A stretch of 64,000 nucleotides of DNA from Faecalimonas sp. (GCA_045649885.1 JAZRQP010000010.1:4263-68262); one strand, 5' to 3'. Positions 19,986 through 29,099 are shown, numbered from the stretch's first letter. The notes: generated from the sequence alone by a model not told the origin. Program-made: numbers and translations.

Positions 19986-21220
19986 GCTATTAGTTGATTT
20001 GCAATCGTATTTATCTGTACCAACTGCTCATCACTCGGTCTAGCATCAACATAGTTATCCATTGTAGTAGATATGTTTCCATGCCCTAATATGTATTGTA
20101 ATGTTTTCGGAGGTAAATATTGAAAGTTTGTCGCAAAAGTGTGTCTACAGATATGTGGCTCAAATTTACGAATCGGATTATCAACATTTTCTGCATTAAA
20201 ACGCTTGATACAATTTTGTAGATATTCTTCCACATGACTTCTTACTATTGTCTTCCTGCTTCTTGTTGCAAGAAATACAAAGCCTTCATATTTACTACCT
20301 TTTTCATCATAACATACTGGTTCTATATCGCCCTTAATATAACGCTTTTCAAGAATACGCTCAAAACATTCATATACACCATCTGTCATCGGAATACTGC
20401 GTTCACCATTTGTTGTTTTTGTAGGTAAAACAATATGTGTATGATTGATGCATTGTAATTGCTTATCAACTTTTATCATTCGCTCTTCCATATCAATGTT
20501 ATCAAGAGTAAGACCACACAATTCAGATGCTCTTAATCCAGTCCAAAACAACACATATAGCATATCATAGCAATGTAAACTATGTGCATCTTTTGAACAA
20601 AAATCAAGAAATCGGTTCATATCCTCTACTGAAAGTGCTTCCATCTTTTTACTATCGCTTCTATCTGTTGTAATTCGTCTGAATGGATTTTTTGCAACAT
20701 AATCATAATCTAAAGCATACTCAAAAGTTCTTTTTATAAGACTAATCTGTGTTTGAATAGACGAGCCTCTATACTTCTTTTTCATATCAGCAAGCCATTC
20801 TTCACAATGCTCTGGTCTTATCTTTCCGATTTCCATATATCCTAGTTTATACTGTTGTAATGTATTTACCGTTACATTATATCCAACTTTCGTATTGTGA
20901 GCCAACTTTTTCCTATTATATAGTGAATTAAGATATCTATCCACTACTTCTAATAATGTAAGTTTTGCTCCATCAATATCAATATTGTTTTCAAGTTGTG
21001 CGTTTAATTCAGCCTCCTTCTCACGCAAACTCTTTGATGATTTTTTACCTTTTGGTAATTGGTCTGTCATTTCAAGTCTGTAAGAACTTATAACCCTTTC
21101 TTTCCCCAAGCAGTCTTTATAATGATACTCATATCTTTTAGTTTTGGGATTATAATATTCATTAGGTCTTAATGTTTTTCTCGCAGGCTTGTTCTTTTCT
21201 GATGTTGTTTTATTTGCCAT
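19979..21220 (-). CDS. int: Tn916-like tyrosine integrase
   Basis: N-terminal arm-binding domain (RYEYHYKDCLGKERVISS); catalytic R (TGLRASE), HICRH, LGH, and Y in TTMDNY; reading frame intact. Confidence 0.95.
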   Translation of the reverse strand: MANKTTSEKNKPARKTLRPNEYYNPKTKRYEYHYKDCLGKERVISSYRLEMTDQLPKGKKSSKSLREKEAELNAQLENNIDIDGAKLTLLEVVDRYLNSLYNRKKLAHNTKVGYNVTVNTLQQYKLGYMEIGKIRPEHCEEWLADMKKKYRGSSIQTQISLIKRTFEYALDYDYVAKNPFRRITTDRSDSKKMEALSVEDMNRFLDFCSKDAHSLHCYDMLYVLFWTGLRASELCGLTLDNIDMEERMIKVDKQLQCINHTHIVLPTKTTNGERSIPMTDGVYECFERILEKRYIKGDIEPVCYDEKGSKYEGFVFLATRSRKTIVRSHVEEYLQNCIKRFNAENVDNPIRKFEPHICRHTFATNFQYLPPKTLQYILGHGNISTTMDNYVDARPSDEQLVQINTIANQLIAN

Positions 21221-21303
21221 TTCTCAGCCTCCTTAAATAAGAGTGCCTTGAATGCATATTATAGTAAATTATAACGCATTCCAAACACATTGTCCATTTG
21301 TTT

Positions 21304-21510
21304 CTATATCTGTTCCACTTGTTCAATAAACTCCTCAAATTGCTTCCTTTTAATCTTTATAGTACGTCCCAACATAAGATGATATTTGTTTCCAAAGTCT
21401 TCATGCACTATCTCACGCAACCTACGTTGTCCTATTCCAAATAAATCAGATGCTTCTTTTATATTTAATAAAATTTTATTTTCCAATGCTATTGCTTCTA
21501 TAATAAACAC
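21304..21510 (-). CDS. xis: Excisionase (Tn916 Xis / HTH_17-like)
   Basis: KILLNIKEASDLFGIGQRRLREIV...IKIKRKQFEEFI, next to int. Confidence 0.85.
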   Translation of the reverse strand: MFIIEAIALENKILLNIKEASDLFGIGQRRLREIVHEDFGNKYHLMLGRTIKIKRKQFEEFIEQVEQI

Positions 21511-21643
21511 GCTCCATTCCGTTAATAAACATTCTCTAATAAAAACACTGCATAACTAAGGCAGTGTATGCTTTTCTAATTCATATTCAATTTAATCTTC
21601 ATTATAAAAGGGCAAAGCCTAACACCTTGCCCAAATCAATAAT

Positions 21644-22147
21644 CTATGCCGTAGCAAAAACATCTACTGTGGAACTAACAACTTCTAAAATCTCTGCAAC
21701 ACTTTCTTTATGTTCGTCTGTTAAACAATCCCATTTATCTGCTAAAATCTTCATCACTTCATCAACTGTCGGTAAATCTTTTACACAACGCTCAACTGAT
21801 TGCTTATACATTTTCAGTAATCTTTCATATTCTTCAAATACAACATGCGAATATGCTTCACGTACTTTGTTCTGTTCATCTGACTTCTTGCAGATGTAAA
21901 CTAAATCTTCCATCTTAACCAGTTCTTCACATACAAACTTATCATTTTCAGTTGCTATGATTTTAAGCACAAACACACAACAATTGTCATTATCTGTGTC
22001 TGTTGCCACACCGATTTCCTTTAATATTCCCTCAAAGATACCTTCACGTGTGACGTAAATAATCTCTTCATTTTGATGAATGCAAACTTTGTGTTCTTCC
22101 TCTTTCTGTGCCACACAATAATCTACACCTATTTCTCTAAATCTCAT
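21644..22147 (-). CDS. Hypothetical protein
   Basis: 167-aa ORF with AAGGAGG RBS; no recognised motif. Confidence 0.7.
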   Translation of the reverse strand: MRFREIGVDYCVAQKEEEHKVCIHQNEEIIYVTREGIFEGILKEIGVATDTDNDNCCVFVLKIIATENDKFVCEELVKMEDLVYICKKSDEQNKVREAYSHVVFEEYERLLKMYKQSVERCVKDLPTVDEVMKILADKWDCLTDEHKESVAEILEVVSSTVDVFATA

Positions 22148-22267
22148 TATTTAAAATCCTCCTTATTTTCATTTTTTAATTCCTGATTGTCCAATTGTAA
22201 TCGGTCAACCATTTTCTGTAATACTTGAATTTTTCTACTTTCTTTCATAACTATTTCTCCAATACAA

Positions 22268-22298
22268 AAGGACAAGAGAGTGTTAGTCCCTTGTCCTT
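22268..22298. terminator. Intrinsic terminator after the tape-measure fragment
   Basis: AAGGACAAG...CTTGTCCTT stem flanked by A/T runs. Confidence 0.6.
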
Positions 22299-22305
22299 GT
22301 TTTGT

Positions 22306-23577
22306 TTACCACTTATATTTACTCAAATCACCTTTACCATCGGTAATCTCCAAGATGATATTTTCAAAACGTTTACTGTGTTGTAAGTCAGTAATGAAAT
22401 CATCAGCATTCTTGACATTTGGAAATGTCATGTTTTCAAAATGAATTTCTACGTTTTTGTTACTATTGTTATTAGGTACGAAATTCGGCAATTTAGCGTA
22501 ATTGCCAATAGCGTCAAACATGTTAGTTTTTGCAACTACACTCAAAGCATCTTTTAACGCAATAAAGTTTTCCGTATCTTTTGCATTAAGCATAAGTTCT
22601 GGTTTAGATTTAGAACCATGTACCATAGCAAGACCTGTGTAATCAACTTTACCTCCTGTTGCATATGCTTTTACGTCTGATTTTTTAAACCAACCTGTTG
22701 TACCACTAGAGAGTGATTGGTGGCGAACCTTCCAGAAATTGCCCTTCTGTCCAATAATTACATAATAAGGATTTTCATCATAGAATTGATGATATCCTTT
22801 TGTGCCATTTGCCTGACGATATATCAAAGCATTGCCAGCATTAATCCTGCTTCCAACAGTAATTACATTATCATTAGAAGATGAATTGCTTGTTGTTGAT
22901 GGTTTACTTACAGTTGGTGTAACTGTAGTAGATGGAGTCACAGATGTTTGTGTATCTTTAACATTGCTATCTGCAACTGCGTTACTGTCACTTACCATTT
23001 TTGCAACGAGATTTTTAATATCAGACAATGTGCTATTTACTGTAGTAATTCCATCGCCAACAATATTTTTACCAGTTCCATCCCAAATACTTTGCATTTG
23101 TTCGGACAATACATAACCCACATCCCCAGTAACGTCTTTTAACGTATCTGAAATTGTTGAACCATTGCTATTCGTACTATCAATAGCACTTTGTATCAGA
23201 CCAGTAATATCATCCAATCTCTGATTTTGCCACTCAGCAGCCGAATCCATTAAACTTGTTAATAATTTTTCTTCCTCTCTGAGTTGTTGTTCTCTCTCAG
23301 TTTCAGAAAGAGTTTCCTTTGCATCCTCTAGTTCGACTTGATATTTTTGAATGAGCATCTTTGCTTCTTCTGAGTTATCATTCCCATAACTATTCAAGAT
23401 ATTTTGAAGTCGTGAAATCTCTTCTACTTGGTCTTTTACATTCTTCTGATAGTCAAATAAACTATTCGACGAATTTTGCAACTCAAGTCTTTTGTCAATT
23501 AAGGAGTAACGCCAATTACCCTTACACATTGAAGCCAAAGTGTCGCCAAACACATGTGGCTTCTTTTTTATTACCAC
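22306..23577 (-). pseudogene. Orphan C-terminal fragment of a large-prophage tail tape-measure protein (coiled coil + SH3-like + YATGG motif)
   Basis: LFDYQKNVKDQVEEI...SEEAKMLIQ...NQRLDDI...VGYVLS coiled coil; SH3b-like GWFKKSDVK; AYATGGKVDYTGLAMVHGSKSKPELML; no RBS at the GTG start; no other tail genes. Confidence 0.65.
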
Positions 23578-23608
23578 AAAGAAAAGCTAATTTTCTTTCT
23601 GTTGCAAT

Positions 23609-23643
23609 AAAAAAACTACTGTACGTTTACACACGTCAGTAGT
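23609..23643 (-). terminator. Leader intrinsic terminator downstream of the CIRCE promoter
   Basis: Minus strand ACTACTG-ACGT-GTGTAA-ACGT-A-CAGTAGT followed by a U-tract. Confidence 0.75.
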
Positions 23644-23738
23644 TGTTTCAGAACATTATTCAATTGTCAAAGGTTCTGCACTTCCTTGTGTGCAAATCAA
23701 TATAGATGTCTTATACCAAATTCTCTTGATATAAGCAT

Positions 23739-23801
23739 ATGTTAACAGACTTTATATCGTTTGTCAATAATATTTTAGCACTCTTTCGTCGAGAGTGCTA
23801 A
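23739..23801 (-). promoter_or_regulatory. Perfect CIRCE (HrcA operator) plus sigmaA promoter inside the mobile element
   Basis: TTAGCACTC-N9-GAGTGCTAA at 23775-23801; 7 nt; TTGACA (23762-23767); 17 nt; TAACAT (23739-23744). Confidence 0.9.
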
Positions 23802-23809
23802 TAATAAAA

Positions 23810-24716
23810 TTATTCCGTTTGATATTTTATTTCATGTTCAATTGCATATTTCTCTGCATATGACCCAGCTTCACATTTAATAGTAAAATTCTCATCGTCT
23901 GTATTATCAAATGCACTTGATGATATAAATGCATTTTCATCTATACTTGTTACGCTACTAGGAATATATATTTCTGTCAGTCCTGAGAATAAAAATGCAC
24001 CACTACCAATCTTTGTTAGTGTATTAGGTAGATTTACTGTTTTTAAGTTTTTGCAAGAGCGAAATGCACAGTTTCCAATATATTCATATCCTTCTGGTAT
24101 AGTTACTGTTTTTAATTCTTTGTGTAAAGCAAAAACTCCGTTGACATCTGATGTAACCCCTAATATCTTTTTCCCTTCAAAATATTTAGGAAGTATCATC
24201 TCTTCATATGTTCCGCTATATCCAGATATATAACAAGTATTATTGGCTGAATATTGAAAAACTAGATATTTCAAATCAACATTTGTTTCATTATCTTTTA
24301 ATTCTGGCTCAACAGTTGGACTGTTCTGTTGCGTTTTTTGACTAGGTGTAGTAGTCGTGGGCTGTTTTGTTACCTCGTTAGTAGATGGTTTCTCTTGTTT
24401 TGATGTTGCTTGTTGTTCAGATTTTATTTCAGATTCTTTAATTGAATTTTCTTCATTGTCTATAACTTCATTTTCAAGATTGGAAATATCTGTATCACTT
24501 TCATTATCTTTTAACAACTCATCATACTCTTTTATTTGTTCTTCAAGGCTTGCAATACGTGATAACAATTCTTTTTCTTTTTTTATTATGAATATTATTG
24601 CTATGTATAAGAATACCTCCAACTGTTGCCAATGAAAGCAAAAAAGCGACAGATACGATAATACTTTTATGATGGGCTTTAATGAAGTTTTTTATTATGC
24701 CTGTTATATTTTTCAT
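23810..24716 (-). pseudogene. Membrane-anchored BspA-type leucine-rich-repeat protein, frameshifted in an A7 tract at 24578-24584
   Basis: ATG 24716 with GGAG RBS gives MKNITG...TM helix; removing one A restores the frame into KKEKELLSRIAS...; LRR_5 motifs VTIPEGYEYIGNCAF, LPNTLTKIGSGAF, IPSSVTSIDENAF. Confidence 0.8.
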
Positions 24717-24743
24717 GGTACTTGCTCTCCTATGTGTTTTGAA

Positions 24744-25298
24744 TCATATCTTCTTATTAACTATATCTAACACTCGTTTATGATATTCTAGGTCTTCCTC
24801 TTCTGCATCATATACAGCACATCTATCAACATATTTATCAAATATAGAATAATCATAATTACAATCTGTCCATGACACAAGAAAAATCTTTGAGATTTGC
24901 TTGCGTATAAACAAATCCTCAACACAATCTATTTTTACGTCTCTTCTTGCTATCGCATCAATTGGATATAGAATAGCAGCATCAAATTGATGGCTTGTTT
25001 TAGACCAACTATTCTTAGTATTGAAACTATCAGCTTCATAAATATTTTTCCCTATTCTAAACTTCTCTCCCGCCTTTGGCTTCTTTGATACATATTTACC
25101 CAAGAAACTATCACCTGTTATATTCTGCATAGCATTAATTCGGAATAATATCTTTGAGTTTGGCATACATCGGTTTAGCATTGCCATCGCTGCAATATGT
25201 TTTTCGTATTGATGTGTTCCAGTAATGAACATACATTTTTCATCAGATGCAAGAAATTCCTCAATAGACTTTATAAGTTGTTCTTTATTGTTTGCCAT
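24744..25298 (-). CDS. Hypothetical protein, possible degenerate P-loop NTPase fold
   Basis: hhhTGTHQYEKH sits at a Walker-A-like position and AAILYPID at a Walker-B-like position; AAGG RBS. Confidence 0.6.
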   Translation of the reverse strand: MANNKEQLIKSIEEFLASDEKCMFITGTHQYEKHIAAMAMLNRCMPNSKILFRINAMQNITGDSFLGKYVSKKPKAGEKFRIGKNIYEADSFNTKNSWSKTSHQFDAAILYPIDAIARRDVKIDCVEDLFIRKQISKIFLVSWTDCNYDYSIFDKYVDRCAVYDAEEEDLEYHKRVLDIVNKKI

Positions 25299-25325
25299 AA
25301 AACGTATTTCCTTTCTGTAATGTAA

Positions 25326-26288
25326 TTAATCCAAACCATACAAAGCATCAGAATTAAACTGATAATCGCAATAAGTCATAAGATTTCTTTTAGCAATCCA
25401 ACCTTCGATTTCTTCCCCTTCAGAATCAATATAAGTAACTTTATCCCATAACTTTATAGATTCAACCAGAGTTACTTGCTCTCCATATGGAATTTGCATT
25501 GTTACAGATGAATAACTTGATGGTTCTACATATAATTTAGCAGAATCCACTTTAATAAAATAAATATCATCATTACCTTGCATAGAAACTATTGCGCTTT
25601 GTATTTGTGGTAACATCATATCATTTGTAACCTGCGCTCCACTTAATATCGTCCAAATGATTGCAATTGTATAAACTATATATGCTAAAGCTGGATGGTC
25701 TCTTAGAAATGCATTGACCTTTTCTTCCGGCAATACGTTTTCCGATATGTCCCTCAAGTCAAATGTCTCGGACACTTCGTATTCAAACTGTTCTATGTCT
25801 TCTAAAACATCTTCTCTTGTAAAATCCGTTCCATCCAACATGGCATCAAATTCTTCTCTTGGAATTGAAGTTATATGACTGAAAATTCCTTGGTATGATG
25901 AAACAATATCAGAAATGGTCTGTTGGAAATTTTGCATAGATTCTGTCATACCCATAGATGCAGATAAATTCTTTGTAATGTTTTCTACATATCTGGAGTA
26001 ATCATATGTTTTTAATATTGATTGAAAATTAGAACCAAGAACATCAGCAAATGTTTTGGTATATGCTGAATAATCTATAAGTTCCATACAATCCATATAT
26101 CCCTGCATTGTTTTAGAAAGTGATGTCGAGAAAATTTCAACCATATTTTTGGTAGATATGTTCTCGAAAATACCCTGATAGGATTCAAGTATAGATGTAA
26201 TACCTGATAAATTAGATTTAAAATCTTCTCCCACAAGTGTATCCACAATTATTTTGTTGTTAATTACTTCATCCTTTATATTACTCAT
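25326..26288 (-). CDS. SH3-domain membrane protein
   Basis: C-terminal SH3_3 pattern (AKLYVEPSSYSSVTMQIPYGEQVTLVE...WDKV...EGWIAKRNL); TM LAYIVYTIAIIWTIL; N-terminal helical pseudo-repeats (SYQGIF twice). Confidence 0.75.
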   Translation of the reverse strand: MSNIKDEVINNKIIVDTLVGEDFKSNLSGITSILESYQGIFENISTKNMVEIFSTSLSKTMQGYMDCMELIDYSAYTKTFADVLGSNFQSILKTYDYSRYVENITKNLSASMGMTESMQNFQQTISDIVSSYQGIFSHITSIPREEFDAMLDGTDFTREDVLEDIEQFEYEVSETFDLRDISENVLPEEKVNAFLRDHPALAYIVYTIAIIWTILSGAQVTNDMMLPQIQSAIVSMQGNDDIYFIKVDSAKLYVEPSSYSSVTMQIPYGEQVTLVESIKLWDKVTYIDSEGEEIEGWIAKRNLMTYCDYQFNSDALYGLD

Positions 26289-26564
26289 TGTTTTCCTCTC
26301 AATAATTCCGTAATGTTTTTATATGGATAATTATATTGTATCTGTTCAATTTAAGCAAATAATATATGTCACACACACTACTGATTAAAAATATTACCGA
26401 ACCGAACATATTTTTTGTCCCAAAATCACCTGAACCTCTTGAAAAACAAGGCATTATAGCACTTTAACAAAGTTTCTTTTAAAAACTCTACAGAATGCAA
26501 GAAACAAAATAGTTTACAATCATCTTTTATTCTATCACCGAACACATAACCGAACATCTAACAT

Positions 26565-26768
26565 TTGATGTTTGAACTATTACAGAAAGTTCCAGAGCGA
26601 TTCATTCCACAATCTTTAATGGAGTGGTTAGACAAATATCTCACCAAACGCATCCAACTGTTAAATCAACAGAACATAAAAAACACATGGCGAAATATCT
26701 ACCTTGAAAATGTCGTTAATGACATTAATAGCCGGACACAAAAAGAAGCACCTTCAGATGATGATTAA
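26565..26768 (+). CDS. Small hypothetical protein
   Basis: 67-aa ORF convergent on the Fic gene; weak RBS. Confidence 0.45.
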   Translation: MMFELLQKVPERFIPQSLMEWLDKYLTKRIQLLNQQNIKNTWRNIYLENVVNDINSRTQKEAPSDDD

Positions 26769-26789
26769 TTCATCCGTTGGTGCTTGATT

Positions 26790-27419
26790 TTATCTTGCTA
26801 TTCGTTTAATACAGAACTCTTTCATAAATGTAATGATTTTTTCATCCATTGCCGTTTCATAAAATTCGAGTAATAGTCCTTTAAACTCCTCTAATTTTTC
26901 TATTGGAATTTGGAAGATTCCGATATCATTTTCTACCAATACTTTATTTGCTATAAGCTGCGCCACACGTTTATTTCCATCAATAAACATTTGTGTTCTT
27001 GCTACATAACAGAAATATTTTAATGCCTTGAATTCGATGTCTTCTATCTGTTCAATCTTTTCTAGGTTTTCAATAATGATTCCTGTATGTGGTATTTCAG
27101 GCTCCCATGACGTACCACCTATTTGTACTGGGATTGTTCTGATTTCACCTGCATAACTAAATAACAAGTCTCCGACAACTTTATTATATTCTCGCAACAA
27201 CATTAGATTGTTTCCATAATCGAGATTATCTAATAAAAATTGCCATGCTCTTTTCATATTTATTACGAACAAAACTTCTTCCGTTTTTGTCGTTGTAGGT
27301 GCATTTGCAAGAATTGCTTCTGTTTTGGGAAATGTCGTTCCAAGACCTTCCAAATTCGCACTCTTCCAAATACTATCAACTAGAAGACGTTTTGCCATCT
27401 CAATTGCTGAATCACGCAT
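26790..27419 (-). CDS. Fic/Doc family protein with His-to-Gln active-site variant
   Basis: GEIRTIPVQIGG, QMFIDGNKR (canonical HPFxDGNGR/HPFVDGNKR). Confidence 0.85.
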   Translation of the reverse strand: MRDSAIEMAKRLLVDSIWKSANLEGLGTTFPKTEAILANAPTTTKTEEVLFVINMKRAWQFLLDNLDYGNNLMLLREYNKVVGDLLFSYAGEIRTIPVQIGGTSWEPEIPHTGIIIENLEKIEQIEDIEFKALKYFCYVARTQMFIDGNKRVAQLIANKVLVENDIGIFQIPIEKLEEFKGLLLEFYETAMDEKIITFMKEFCIKRIAR

Positions 27420-27449
27420 TATCTTTTATGCTCCCTTCTTCTTATTTTA

Positions 27450-27863
27450 TTATTTTTCTTCCATTGGTACTCTTTGAGGTAACTCTTCTCTCGTGCAAGT
27501 ATGCTCTTTTGTGCTAAGTATCTCGCATAATTTATCTGCATTTTCCCACGTATTAGGTATTACTTCCATAATATCACTTGGTTGACATTTCAACCAAATA
27601 CAGAGTGATTCAATGGATTTTGTATCAATAGAATTTTCTCTAGTCCTTTTTTCTAATAACCTCGTTTCAGGGTTTTTGTAATCGTATTCTTCTAAAAGAC
27701 CTGTTCCCATCTTCAATTTTCTCAAGGTTTCTTGTCCTATTATCTTTTGTTCTCTAATATGCGTTTGATTCTTCCCTTGTTCTTTCATGAGGTCAAATAA
27801 TTTTCCATAATAAATCATTGTATGCCTTTCTGGCTTGTTTCTTTCATCCTTATATATCGCCAA
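27450..27863 (-). CDS. Cro/C1-type HTH regulator with insertion
   Basis: YGKLFDLMKEQGKNQTHIR...IGQETLRKLK...IDTKSIESLCIWLKCQPSDIME (HTH_26-like). Confidence 0.8.
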   Translation of the reverse strand: MAIYKDERNKPERHTMIYYGKLFDLMKEQGKNQTHIREQKIIGQETLRKLKMGTGLLEEYDYKNPETRLLEKRTRENSIDTKSIESLCIWLKCQPSDIMEVIPNTWENADKLCEILSTKEHTCTREELPQRVPMEEK

Positions 27864-27958
27864 CTATATAATGACACAATTATTATACTAAAGTTTTTCC
27901 TTTTTTCAAATAGTTAATTTGTATCGGCAGAAAACTTTCCACCGATACACAAACCAAA

Positions 27959-28561
27959 TTATATTTCAAACAATTCCTTTAAAGTTCTAGGCTGATACTC
28001 TCTATGTCCCAATGCTTCAAAATGTTTCCGGGTCTGCTTGTTTGTCAATCCCTTTATTCCACCAGACAAGATATAATCTATTTTTAAAGATTCATCCTTA
28101 TTTTGTCTCCTGCGAATAAGTCTATCCTGCATCATCTTATAGATTTTATATCCTTTGGCTGCATCTAAATTATAAAACTCCATCGCATGATAAATGTCTG
28201 TGATTTCTCGTTCGATTTCTAGTAATTCCAATTCAAGAACTTTCTTCCGTTTGACAAGTAAATCAAAATCCATTTCCAAAGAAGCCATGATTTCATCCAC
28301 ATCTATATCAAGAGTAGCATCTGACAAATCATTTTTAACCTCAATTGTACTTATGATTTTCCATTCTCCATCCTTTAGTAAATTATCTGCAAGTTTATTA
28401 TATATGGTATTGATTTGATTAAATTTCAACTTGACCGCCTTTTTAAAACTGCCAACAATAATATTTTCCTTTGTTTCATTGTCACAGCCCACATAACGCA
28501 TTCCATCAGTAATTAAATAATGTGTTGCACACCCCATAACAGCTCCGTCCTTCCTACGCAA
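27959..28561 (-). CDS. Phage-type hypothetical protein
   Basis: EIEREITDIYHAMEF.NLDAAKGYKIYKMMQDRLIRRRQNKDE resembles Firmicute prophage ORFs (recalled, not searched). Confidence 0.6.
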   Translation of the reverse strand: MRRKDGAVMGCATHYLITDGMRYVGCDNETKENIIVGSFKKAVKLKFNQINTIYNKLADNLLKDGEWKIISTIEVKNDLSDATLDIDVDEIMASLEMDFDLLVKRKKVLELELLEIEREITDIYHAMEFYNLDAAKGYKIYKMMQDRLIRRRQNKDESLKIDYILSGGIKGLTNKQTRKHFEALGHREYQPRTLKELFEI

Positions 28562-29099
28562 TATATTTTTCTAATGTTGCTTTGATTCGGTTGATTTCCC
28601 TGTAATAAGTTGAAGCAGGAATATCCAATATAAGAAAAATTTCCGTATTATTAAAGCCTTCCATTTTCATTTTAGAAATAACTCGTTGAACCTCGGTTAA
28701 TTTTCCAAGTAATTCATTAATCCGTTCTTTTTCCAAATATTCTGATTCAACGGACTTTCCACCAACGCAATTATAAAGATTTTCCATTTCTGAATGTTCT
28801 ACATCCAAACTTATAACTGTTTCCGTTGGCTTTCGTTTCAATGCGTTTTCCATTTTTCGATTGTTCTCCAACTCAGTTCTCATATATTGCCAAACTGTAA
28901 AATACATATCAGCTTGCTTCGTGTATCTAGTTTTGCGACAATACACCTGAATTCCTTTTAGGAATCCCATTACTGCGACACCGTAAAAGTTATCAATGCT
29001 ATATCCATGCTGATATAAAAAGGCGTAGACGATATTATGATTATTGGCAGCCATTTCTTTTTCTTCCGTTGTAAGTGGTTTTAATTTATATTTTTCCAT
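28554..29099 (-). CDS. Sigma-70 family (ECF-like) sigma factor of the element
   Basis: NHNIVYAFL...FYGVAVMGFLKGIQ (region 2); LGKLTEVQRVISKMKMEGFNNTEI (region 4). Confidence 0.75.
   Translation of the reverse strand: MEKYKLKPLTTEEKEMAANNHNIVYAFLYQHGYSIDNFYGVAVMGFLKGIQVYCRKTRYTKQADMYFTVWQYMRTELENNRKMENALKRKPTETVISLDVEHSEMENLYNCVGGKSVESEYLEKERINELLGKLTEVQRVISKMKMEGFNNTEIFLILDIPASTYYREINRIKATLEKYIA

Noticed and set aside
21244-21254. TGCCTTGAATG upstream of int is the reverse complement of 34908-34918
   Set aside because: An 11-bp match in AT-rich DNA could be chance; no further support.
23775-23801. CIRCE hairpin read as merely the terminator of the LRR gene
   Set aside because: There is no U-tract, it is an exact 18/18 CIRCE match with N9, and its spacing to TTGACA matches htpG; a dual role is not excluded.
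26404-26415. GAACATATTTTT as a LexA/SOS box
   Set aside because: Only one half-site matches GAAC-N4-GTTC; I saw no convincing SOS box in either element.
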